Positions 21,201 through 28,196 of a DNA stretch of 64,000 bases are shown here, piece by piece. The stretch spans positions 1,536,001-1,600,000 of the forward strand of contig OZ241892.1 in NCBI GenBank assembly GCA_965203485.1, given 5' to 3'. The position numbers and the translations under genes were made by a program. A model generated the notes under the pieces. That model was given only the letters and a program-made list of their open reading frames with translations, ran no database searches and was not told where the DNA came from. Source of the stretch: Longimicrobiales bacterium. Its GTDB lineage: Bacteria > Gemmatimonadota > Gemmatimonadetes > Longimicrobiales > Gaopeijiaceae. Positions within the stretch are counted from its first letter, which is position 1. Each line of letters starts with the position of its first letter.

Positions 21201-24200
21201 CGTCACCGCCACAGCGCGCGCAAACGTCACCCGAACCTCGATCCGCTCGCCCAACCCGTACGTCGCGCCGCTCGCAGGACTGCTCGCGACCGCCACGCCC
21301 GTCACGCCAGACGCCGTGAACGTCCCGCCCGCAACCTTGTGGCCCGCGCTGTTCGATATCGCGTGCGTGCCCAACCCCAAAGTCGCGTCCAGCGTCCCGC
21401 CCGCCAGCCGAACCGTACCGCCGTTCAATCCCAGCGCCGTCGTCGCGACGCTCAACCCGTCGGCGTCCACGTCCGCCGTCACCACCACGTACCGGAACTC
21501 GAGCGACGACGTGCCGCTCCCGCTCGCGTAGACCGCCTGCTTCGTCGCGCTCCCGATCCCCAGCGCCAGCTGCGGCGCGCCCGTCACCGCCACCGCCCGG
21601 TTGAACGCCAGCGTCGCCACGATCGTGTCGCCCCGCTCGAACGTCGTGCCCACCGGCGGCGAGCCGAGCGTCACGCCCGTCACGCCGGGCGGCCCCAGGC
21701 TCCCGTTCACCTTGTGCGCCGCAGCGTTCGATATCGCATGGCTCCCCAGACCCAGGCCCGCAGCCTCGCTCGCGTCGCGCGCGTCGTCGATCGCACCGCC
21801 GTTCAACGCCAGCGCGGCCGGCCCGATGCTCAAACCGTTCGCGTCCGCGTCCGCAGCCACCACCACGTAGCCGAACGCCAGCGTCTTCGTGCCGCTCCCG
21901 CTCGCGTAGCTCGCCTGGCGCGTCGAGTCGCCGATCGTCAACGCCAGCTGCGGCGTGCCCGTCACCGTCACCGCGCGGGCGAACGTCACCTCGACCTCGA
22001 TCCGCTCCGTGCGACCGTACGTGCTGTCGCTCGCTGGACTGCTCGATATCGACACGCCGCTCACCGACGACGCCGTGAACAGCCCGCCGTTCACCACCAG
22101 GAAGTTCTCGAACGCATGGCGCTCCAAGCTCAGCAACGCGTCCGTCGTCCCGCCCGACACGTCGATCGTGCCGCTGTTCAGCGCCAGTGCGCTCGCGCCA
22201 ACGCTCAACCCGTCCGCGTCCACGTCCGCCGTCGCCACCACGTACCGGAACACCAGCGCCGCCGTGCCCGTCCCGCTCGCATACGCCGCCTGCCGCGTCT
22301 GCGCCCCGATCCCCAGCGCCAGCTGCGGCGTCCCCGTCACGTCCACCGCCTTGTTGAACCGCACCGTCGCAACAATCGTGTCGCCGCGCTCGAACACCGC
22401 GCCCGCCGGCGGCGGCGCCACCGCCAACCCCGTCACCCCAGGCGGGCCCAACCCGCCGTTCACCTTGTGCGCCGCAGCGTTCGCTATCGCGTTCGACCCC
22501 AAATCCAGGCTCGCAGCGCCGATGCCCGGACGAGCGTCGTTGATCGTACCGCCGTTCAACCCCAGCGCGCCCGCCGCAATGCTCAATCCGTCCGCGTCCG
22601 CGTCCGCAGGCCGGACCGCGTACCCGAACACCAGCGTGTCCGCACTGCTCGAACCCGAATCGTAGTCCGCTTGGCGCGTGACCGTACCGATCCCCAAGGC
22701 CAGTCGCGGCGTCCCCGTCACCGCCACGTCGCGCGTGAACGCCACCTTCACCTCGATAGACTCGCCCAGCTCGTACGTGCTCGCGCTCGCTGGCGCGCTC
22801 GACACCGTCACGCCGCTCACCGCCGACGCCACGAACGCGCCCGTCACCTTGTGCCCCGCGCTGTTCGCAACCGCGTGCGACCCCAAGTCCAGCGTCGCGT
22901 CCAGCGTCCCGCCGGCCAGCCGGATCGTCCCGCCGTTCAACGTCAACGCGCCCGCCGCAATGCTCAACCCGTCCGCGTCAGCGTCGCCGACCGCCACCAC
23001 GTACCCGAACACCAGCGTGTCCGTCCCCGTCCCGCTCGCGTACTCCGCCTGCCTGGTCGCGCTCCCGATGCCCAGCGCCAGTTGCGGCGTGCCCCCCACG
23101 TCCACCGCGCGGTGGAACACCACCGACACCTCGATCGTCTCGCCGCGCTCGAACACGTCGCCCACCGCAGGCGAACCGATCGACAACCCCGTCACGCCCG
23201 GCGATCCCAGGCTCCCGTCCACCTTGTGCGAACGAGCGTTCGCGACCGCATGGCTGCCCAAACCCAACGCCGCCGCCGCCGTGCCGCCCGAAAGCACAAT
23301 CGTCCCGCCGTTCAGAGCCAACGCGCTCGCGCCCACGCTGATCCCGCTCGTGTCCGCGTCAGCCGCCGCCACCACGTAACGGAACACCAGCGTCCGCGTA
23401 CCGCTCCCGCTCGCGTAGCCCGCCTGACGCGTCAGCGTGTCGATCCCCAGCGCCAGCTGCGGCGTGCCCGTCACCGCCACCGCACGCTCGAACTCCACCT
23501 CCACCTCGATCGCCTCCGTGCGTCCGTACGTGCTGTCGCTCGCCGGCGCGCTCGTGATCGCCACCCCCGCCACGCCAGGCGCCACCTCCTTCGTCCCGTC
23601 CACCTGGTACTCCACCGCGTCCGCGAAGCTCCACTGCGCCAACGACAGCCGAGCGTCCGTCGCCGCCCCCGCCGCTCGAATCGTCGCGCCGCCCGGCAAC
23701 GTCAAAGCGTTCGCTCCGATGCTGATTCCCGTCGTGTCCGCGTCCGCCGCAACCACCGTGTAGCAGAACACCACGATGTTGCCGCTCGTTACCGCGTCGC
23801 ACTGCGCAGCGCTCCGCGTCTGCGAACCGATCCCCAAAGCCAGCCGCGGCGTCCCCGTCGCCGTCACCCCCGCGTTGAACCCCACCCCCACGCGTATCTC
23901 GTCGCCCAGTCCGAACACGCTGTCCGTGCTCGCGTACGCCAGCCCCGTGTTCGACGGCGTCAGGAAGAACGCGCTCGTCACGTGCGGCACGTCGCCCGCC
24001 ACCTTGTGCGCCCCAGCATTCGTGAACACGTGCGAGCCCAACGCCAAGTCCGCCGCGTCCGACCACAACCGACCGTCCGCGATCGTGTCCGACGCGCTCG
24101 CCGCCAAAGCGCCCGCACCCACGCTGATCCCGTCCGCGTCCGCGTCCGTCGCCTGCACCACGTACCGGAACGTCACTCGCGAAAACGTCGCGTCCCTGCG

Positions 24201-26750
24201 GTTGTAGTCCGCCTGACGCGTCGAGTCGCCGACCTCCAACGCCAGACGCGGCGTGCCCGCCACGTACACCCCTCGCACGAACGCCACCTCCACCTCGATC
24301 GCCTCGCCCACCAAGTACGTGTCCCCCACCACAGGACGGCTCGTTATCCTCACCCCCTTCACCACCGGCACCGTCCGCGTGTTGCCCGTCACCTTGTGCG
24401 CCGCGCTGTTCGATATCGCGTGAACGCCCAGACCCAGCACCGCGTCCGTCGTCGTCCCCATCCGCCGAATCGCGCTCCCGGACGGGGTCTCCAGCGCGCT
24501 CGCCCCGATGCTGATCCCGTCCGCGTCCGCGTCCGTCTGGAACACCGTGTACTCGAACTCCAACGCCGTCGTACCCGAACCCCTCGCGTACCACGCGTTA
24601 CGCAAGCTCGACCCGATCCCGACACGCACCCGCGGCCTGTTTGCGCCCGTGCCCGTCACCGTCACCGCCGCGCTGAACTCCACCGTCACGACCACCACGT
24701 CGCTCAACTCGAACGTGCTGTCCGCCGGAGCTTCGCCAATCGACACCCCCGTCACCCGCGGCGGGCCCGTGCTGCCGTCCACCTTGTGCGCCGCCGCGTT
24801 CGCAATCGCGTGGCTCCCCAACCCCAGGCTCGCGGGCGTCGCGCCCGGACGCACGTCCGCAATCGTCCCGCCGTTCAGCGTCAACGCGCTCGACCCGATG
24901 CTGATCCCGTCCGTGTCCGCGTCGGCAACATCGACCGGGTACACGAACACCAGCGTGTCCGCCTTGCTCGTCGCCGACCACCACCTCGCCTGCCGCGTCG
25001 CGCTCCCGATCCCCAACGCCAGCTGCGGAGCGCCCGTCACCGACACCGGCCGCGAAAACGCCACCTTCACCCATATCGCTTCGCCGCCCCCGTACGTGCT
25101 TGCGCTCGCCGGCGTGCTCGAGATCGCCACCGCGCTCACCGAAGGCGTCGTGGCCGTGCCCGTTACCTTGTGGTTCGTGCTGTTCGTCACCGCGCTCGAT
25201 CCCAGCCCCAGCGTCGCGTCCGCCGTCTGACCGGCCAGCTTGATCGTCCCGCCGTTCAGCGTCAACGCGCTGGTGCCGACGCTCAATCCGTCCGCGTCCG
25301 CGTCGCCGGTCGCCACCACGTACCGGAACACCAGGGTGTCCGTGCCTGTGCCGCTCGCGTAGCTCGCCTGCCGCGTCGCGCTCCCGATCCCCAGCGCCAG
25401 ACGCGGCGTCCCCGTCACGTCCACCTCTCGGTTGAACACCAACGAGACCTCGATCGTCTCGCCCGGTTCGAAGGTGTCGCCCACCGTGGGCGAGCTGAGC
25501 GTTAGAGCCGTCACCGCCGGCCCCAGGCCGCCGTTCACCTTGTGTGCCGCCGCGTCCGTGACCGCGTGCGAACCCAACCCCAAGTTCGCCGCCACCGAAG
25601 CGTCTCGAGCGTCGTTGATCGTCCCGCCGTTCAGCCCCAGCGCGCTCGACCCGATGCTCAGACCGTTCAAGTCCGCGTCCGCCGCCGCTGTCACGTACCG
25701 GAACGCCAGCGAGGACGTCCCAGTGCCGCTCGCGTAGCTCGCCTGCCGCGTCTGCGTCCCCACCGTCAGCGCCAGCTGCGGAGTGTCCGTCACCGTCACA
25801 TTATGCGTGAACGTCACGGCCACCGCGATCGTGTCGCCCTGCATGTACGTGTCGCCCACGACCGGACTGCTCGACATCGCCACGCCGCTCACCGCCGCCG
25901 CCTCGGCCACCTTGTGCGCCGCAGCATTCGTGATCGCGTGCGTGCCCAGGCTCAACGTCGCGTTCTGCATCGTGCCCGACCGCCGGATCGTTCCGCTGTT
26001 CAGCCCCAGCGCGCTCGACCCGATGCTCAGACCGTCCACGTCCAAGTCCGCAGCCACTACCACGTACCGGAACACCAGCGTGTCCGTCCCAGTGCCGCTC
26101 GCGTAGCTCGCCTGCCGCGTCTGCGCTCCGACCCACAGCGCCAGCTGCGGAGTGCCCGTCACGTCCACCGCCGCGTCGAACACCACCTTCGCCGCGACCG
26201 TGTCCCCAGCGCTGTACGTGCTGTCGGTGCCTGCGTTGCTCGAAATCGCCACCCCGCTGACCGTCGGCGCCGACAACCCCAGGAGGCCGTTCACCTTGTG
26301 TGCCGCGGCATTTGTGATCGCGGTCAAAGTACGGTTAATGTCCAGTCCTGTATTGCTATTCTCAAGATCGTTGTCCAGCGCGTTCGAGGCGATGCTGATC
26401 CCGTCCGCGTCCAGGTCCGCCGCCGCCACGTGGTACCAATACTCCAACCACCTGAACGGGAAACCACTGCGAGGCGGTCTTCCCCCTGGGCAAGTAGTCC
26501 CAGCACAGGCCGTTCTGGTGTTTGCCCCAATCGTCAGACTCAATTCCGATTCGTTGTCGTTAAAGCTCCAGTCGACGCCGACGCTGAACCACAGTCTTAC
26601 CTTGATAGTGTCGCCGAACCGGTACGTGTTGTCCGCCCCCGCCGAGCTGACGATCTTCAGGCTGTCTACCCGACCCTGGGCGCTCAACGAGTCGGCGCCG
26701 AACACCGCCAGCAGGCCTAGGGCCGCGAGCGCGGTTCTGGCTACGGGCAT
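15216..26750 (-). CDS. Giant (3844 aa or more) repetitive adhesin-like surface protein: 21 ~127-aa repeats, 4 cadherin repeats, Ig-like domain, autotransporter-like beta-barrel
   Basis: Signal peptide (..GADSLSA-Q); repeats counted from the translation; cadherin motifs ELAEN/DPDEG/DYE/DVNEAP; barrel segment WTVWGR..LGADY..PYVHW; true start may be ATG 26818. Confidence 0.92.
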   Translation of the reverse strand: MPVARTALAALGLLAVFGADSLSAQGRVDSLKIVSSAGADNTYRFGDTIKVRLWFSVGVDWSFNDNESELSLTIGANTRTACAGTTCPGGRPPRSGFPFRWLEYWYHVAAADLDADGISIASNALDNDLENSNTGLDINRTLTAITNAAAHKVNGLLGLSAPTVSGVAISSNAGTDSTYSAGDTVAAKVVFDAAVDVTGTPQLALWVGAQTRQASYASGTGTDTLVFRYVVVAADLDVDGLSIGSSALGLNSGTIRRSGTMQNATLSLGTHAITNAAAHKVAEAAAVSGVAMSSSPVVGDTYMQGDTIAVAVTFTHNVTVTDTPQLALTVGTQTRQASYASGTGTSSLAFRYVTAAADADLNGLSIGSSALGLNGGTINDARDASVAANLGLGSHAVTDAAAHKVNGGLGPAVTALTLSSPTVGDTFEPGETIEVSLVFNREVDVTGTPRLALGIGSATRQASYASGTGTDTLVFRYVVATGDADADGLSVGTSALTLNGGTIKLAGQTADATLGLGSSAVTNSTNHKVTGTATTPSVSAVAISSTPASASTYGGGEAIWVKVAFSRPVSVTGAPQLALGIGSATRQARWWSATSKADTLVFVYPVDVADADTDGISIGSSALTLNGGTIADVRPGATPASLGLGSHAIANAAAHKVDGSTGPPRVTGVSIGEAPADSTFELSDVVVVTVEFSAAVTVTGTGANRPRVRVGIGSSLRNAWYARGSGTTALEFEYTVFQTDADADGISIGASALETPSGSAIRRMGTTTDAVLGLGVHAISNSAAHKVTGNTRTVPVVKGVRITSRPVVGDTYLVGEAIEVEVAFVRGVYVAGTPRLALEVGDSTRQADYNRRDATFSRVTFRYVVQATDADADGISVGAGALAASASDTIADGRLWSDAADLALGSHVFTNAGAHKVAGDVPHVTSAFFLTPSNTGLAYASTDSVFGLGDEIRVGVGFNAGVTATGTPRLALGIGSQTRSAAQCDAVTSGNIVVFCYTVVAADADTTGISIGANALTLPGGATIRAAGAATDARLSLAQWSFADAVEYQVDGTKEVAPGVAGVAITSAPASDSTYGRTEAIEVEVEFERAVAVTGTPQLALGIDTLTRQAGYASGSGTRTLVFRYVVAAADADTSGISVGASALALNGGTIVLSGGTAAAALGLGSHAVANARSHKVDGSLGSPGVTGLSIGSPAVGDVFERGETIEVSVVFHRAVDVGGTPQLALGIGSATRQAEYASGTGTDTLVFGYVVAVGDADADGLSIAAGALTLNGGTIRLAGGTLDATLDLGSHAVANSAGHKVTGAFVASAVSGVTVSSAPASASTYELGESIEVKVAFTRDVAVTGTPRLALGIGTVTRQADYDSGSSSADTLVFGYAVRPADADADGLSIAAGALGLNGGTINDARPGIGAASLDLGSNAIANAAAHKVNGGLGPPGVTGLAVAPPPAGAVFERGDTIVATVRFNKAVDVTGTPQLALGIGAQTRQAAYASGTGTAALVFRYVVATADVDADGLSVGASALALNSGTIDVSGGTTDALLSLERHAFENFLVVNGGLFTASSVSGVSISSSPASDSTYGRTERIEVEVTFARAVTVTGTPQLALTIGDSTRQASYASGSGTKTLAFGYVVVAADADANGLSIGPAALALNGGAIDDARDASEAAGLGLGSHAISNAAAHKVNGSLGPPGVTGVTLGSPPVGTTFERGDTIVATLAFNRAVAVTGAPQLALGIGSATKQAVYASGSGTSSLEFRYVVVTADVDADGLSVATTALGLNGGTVRLAGGTLDATLGLGTHAISNSAGHKVAGGTFTASGVTGVAVASSPASGATYGLGERIEVRVTFARAVAVTGTPQLALSFGAATRQADYAGGTGTKTLAFGYVVVAGDADSDGLSIGASALALNGGAIADGRDGSTAAALGLGSSAVADAGGHRVDATRGPPGVMGVTIGSPQVGDTFERGDTVEVEVEFNKAVAVTGAPQLALGIGAATKQAGYAGGSGTAALAFRYVVVSADADADGLSVAAGALALNGGTIKVSGGTADALLGLGAHAVANSGGHKVAGGTFTASSPSAASVTSAPASGDTYGLGERIEVRVTFARPVVVTGAPQLALGIGSATKQAGYAGGSGTRALVFGYVVASADADADGISVGASALSLNGGAIADARDGATAAGLGLGSSAIANAGAHKVDGSVEGAPAVAGARLASAPSRGGSYGLGEEIRVAVRFDRAVAVTGTPELALGIGAATRQAGYASGSGTSELEFAYVVQAADADRDGISVGAGALSLSGGTLVVAGGTAAAVLSLGSHAIVNASGHAVAGTLEAAPVVTGARLVSSPANGSAYGLSERIAVALAFSRPVDVAGAPQLALGIGSATRQAGYASGSGTAELVFGYVVAGADADADGVSVAAAALSLNGGTIMIAGGRVAAVLSLGTHALSNVAGHLVDGSAETAPAVAGVTLASAPIGGGRYELGEEIRVHVRFDRAVAVTGSPQLALTIGAQTRAARFVRVVGYAAAARAGWVGGAAGSGSAGWAGVAAGYAGAGWDGGSAGSGARAGALGATQGAALEFAYAVQASDADADGISVGAGALSLNGGAITLLGGTAAAGLSLGGHALTNVGGHLVDGSVVSPPAVAGVEAGRPPSGGRWRAGQTIEIAVVFDRPVSVTGGPRLALAMGTRTVHAALASASGRRVEFAYEVRPHDRAPNGIALAAGALDASGAAIVSAADGSTPAALSLGSHAFASDPTRRVEGGGGEPEPGRPPKFGAESYAFELAENVAGAVVVGAVSAVDPDEGDEVYYRLREGGGGLFEVGETSGEVSYVGAGEDYEAGPREHALVVSAADVGGLASTVRVTVKVTNANEAPAFERASWTFELAENAAGPIVLGTVSATDPDEGEALSYSLVSGGGGLFELDAASGAVRYVGAGEDYETGPREHALAVAVADAGGLRAAAGVVVAVADADEAPVFEQASWTFELAENAAGPIVLGTVSATDPDEGEALSYSLVSGGGGLFELDVASGAISYVGVGEDYETGPREHALVVAATGADGLAAQAAVVVVVADVNEAPVFEQASWTFELAENAAGPLAVGAVAAADEDEGDVLSYSLVSGGGGLFELDASSGAVRYVGAGEDYETGPREHALVVAATDRGGLAATANATVVVTDVNEAPEATAQIAVAALDAHGAAVQETLDAYFRDPDGDALAYAAESSDTAVAAASVAGGVLTIQPFAIGTASVTVTATDPGGLAAEQTVAVVVEASRSERARVLEGALAAFGRSVGAEAVDVIGGRLGIESAGGLGRSHLQLGGRAVGCDGGFAQRAEDRVGAAGAGAETGDRACGWQALARAASGLLGVQVALPSAGGLGGAQSAGALDPAALLFGGPGAGAGGFGGPAGAAAGLGAVGDYRGQQEPAAAAPGGVTFNPLSGGDLLERSSFQLSLGGGAASDSGAFGAQDAAGLRPGWTVWGRAGMGGYEGRPADGLRFDGGRARSAHLGADYRFASGLLVGVAGARSSFETEFESAVNGAGSVAASLTSVHPYVHWSPTGGLGLWALAGAGTGDATLEETAGGRFGADIAMLMGALGARRELAGGIALKADAFSVRVRSDDAADLAGVTARAHRVRLAPEVAKTWALGGEASLRTRLELGARLDAGDAETGLGAEAGGEASFDHAPTGLSVAMRGRALLAHQAEGLREWGAGVSLRLQPGGGAEDGLLLSVEPTWGTGAGVTGELWRQGAAALEPAVQTAQTAPTAAPSGWAPGRMAMELGWGVALDNGATITPFGRWSQDAGAGQRFNAGARFSLLGKSAQSGTAAHSPAAESLRFLLHLYGEHASSPLEPPQRRLGLAGAIRIR
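17270..18486 (-). repeat. Four tandem 303-bp cadherin-domain repeats, copies 2-4 highly similar at DNA level
   Basis: Period of 303 nt (EAP at ~17270, 17573, 17876, 18179); shared TFELAENAAGP, LSYSLVSGGGGLFEL, EDYETGPREHAL. Confidence 0.93.
18500..26680 (-). repeat. Array of 21 imperfect ~380-bp (~127-aa) intragenic repeats
   Basis: Recurring V.GV.I.S.P...TY..GE.I.V.V.F...V.VTG.PQLALGIG..TRQA.YASGSGT..L.F.YVV...DADADG.S....L.LNGG.I....L.LGSHA..N...HKV.G. Confidence 0.95.
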
Positions 26751-26789
26751 TGCGCGGACCCAGAATGCTCGGGCTGGGCGGCCGCAAAC

Positions 26790-26815
26790 GGGGGGGGGGG
26801 GGGGGGGGGGGGGGG
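26790..26815. repeat. G26 homopolymer (C26 on the adhesin coding strand), candidate phase-variation tract
   Basis: Directly visible; immediately follows the minus-strand ATG at 26818-26816. Confidence 0.9.
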
Positions 26816-26882
26816 CATGTCGGGGCTCGCCCTTTGTCGGCGTCGCGCCTCGTGACGCGCGTGGCCAGGTTCGGAACTTCAG

Positions 26883-27328
26883 CCCGTCTTGTTCACGAGG
26901 GGGGGCGTGGTGAAGGGGTGGCGTGCGGCGGCGAGGCCAGTAGGTTCAAGGTGTTCGGGCCGAGAACCGGCGGCCCGCCGCGCGCAACGCCGAGGTGAAG
27001 ATAACGGAGGGGCGAGCTGAAGAGCGTCGTGGACCTGGCGCTGTCGTCGTCGCCCCGGCCCAACCGCCGCTGCCGGGGTCGGGACGCGCGGCCCGAGCGC
27101 CGGCTCGTCGCGCTGTTCGGCTACCAGATCATGCACGTGCTGCGCAACCTGCTCGAACGCGCCACCAAGACCGGCTGGAGCCTGCGCCGGCTGCTCGAGC
27201 GCGTGCTGCGAGCGCCCGCCCGGGTCACCGTATCCGGACGCCGCGTCACGACCGTCGTCGGCCGCTCCGCCGCGCACTGGACGCTGGCCGCCCGCCAGCT
27301 GGCGCTGCTGCCCGACCCGGGCGGCTAA
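26883..27328 (+). mobile_element. Internally deleted IS1380-family-like remnant (putative left end plus transposase C-terminal fragment 27011-27328)
   Basis: GELKSVVDLALSSSPRP..GYQIMHVLRNLLERAT.TGWSLRRL.ERVLRAPARV..SGRRVT resembles IS1380-type transposase C-termini; in-frame TAA at 27002; CCCGTCTTGTTCAC at 26883 is terminal-IR-like (from recall, unverified). Confidence 0.7.
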
Positions 27329-27999
27329 CGCCACCAGCCGGCAACCGTCCCCGTTCCCGCTTCACGGTCCGGCCCTCCCAGATCGTGCGCATGGTCGCGC
27401 CGCCCTTGGTGGAAGACGACATGGAGCAACGCGCCCGCGACGAAGGCTTGGTAGAGAGTCGCGCCGGGTCCGTCCGCAATGGGCCCAAGCGCCTCGGAGC
27501 CCAGCGCGTAGCCCGCCATCGTCGCGGCGCACAAGAAGCCGACCGCGAGCCACACGGCGAGGGGCCCGTGTCGGGGCCTGAGAAGCCACCAAATGACCGA
27601 GCCCACGAGCAACCGGTGGAGCGCCACGGCCATGATCAGCGGGTCGCCGAGTCCCGCTTCGCTTCGAGTGGCCAGCGCGGCGCCCTCCAGCAGAACGTGA
27701 ACGGCGGCGCCCGAGGCTCCCACCAGGACGGCCACGTCGTCCGTGCGCGGCGACCGAGCGCGAAAGATGCGCTCTGCGGCCCAGACCACCAGCGAGCCTG
27801 CTGCGACCGCCAGCACAGGCAGGGGGTCGCGCTCGCGCCACGCCGCGGGAAGCACGTACCAAGCCACGAGGCCCGGAAAGGCTATGTAGATGAAGTTGTC
27901 GACGCTTCGCGTCAAGCGCGGATGCTCGTGCAACCAACTGTACAGCAAGACCCCCGCCGCGGGCGCCGCGACCGCAACGGCCAAACCCGTGGACATCAT
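27325..27999 (-). CDS. Membrane protein, ZIP-like metal transporter domain
   Basis: About 7 hydrophobic segments; HVLLEG and VALHR motifs, His-rich tail HVVFH..HAH; GAGGAGG RBS. Confidence 0.7.
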   Translation of the reverse strand: MMSTGLAVAVAAPAAGVLLYSWLHEHPRLTRSVDNFIYIAFPGLVAWYVLPAAWRERDPLPVLAVAAGSLVVWAAERIFRARSPRTDDVAVLVGASGAAVHVLLEGAALATRSEAGLGDPLIMAVALHRLLVGSVIWWLLRPRHGPLAVWLAVGFLCAATMAGYALGSEALGPIADGPGATLYQAFVAGALLHVVFHQGRRDHAHDLGGPDREAGTGTVAGWWR

Positions 28000-28196
28000 G
28001 GACAGTTCCCTCCTCTATTTGAACCTCGCTTGTGCGCGCGCGCATCGGTTGCGGGGCGTCGTGCGTGGGAAGGCGGGATTCCTCGCACGCGGGACCGGGC
28101 GAACTGGGCGCTTGCATCAGCCACTTCCAGGTGGAATCCCCGTGCAAACGCGCGGGGCCGCGCCGAGCGGTTGTCGCGGTCCCGCCCTCCAGCGTC

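Noticed and set aside
15255..25505. 3416-aa plus-strand ORF antisense to the adhesin
   Set aside because: Arg/Ala-rich shadow frame produced by high GC and the codon bias of the real minus-strand gene; no domain motifs
17270..26680. Repeat arrays as CRISPR or DGR
   Set aside because: Repeats are long, in-frame and protein-coding; no short repeat-spacer array, cas gene or reverse transcriptase is recognisable in the window
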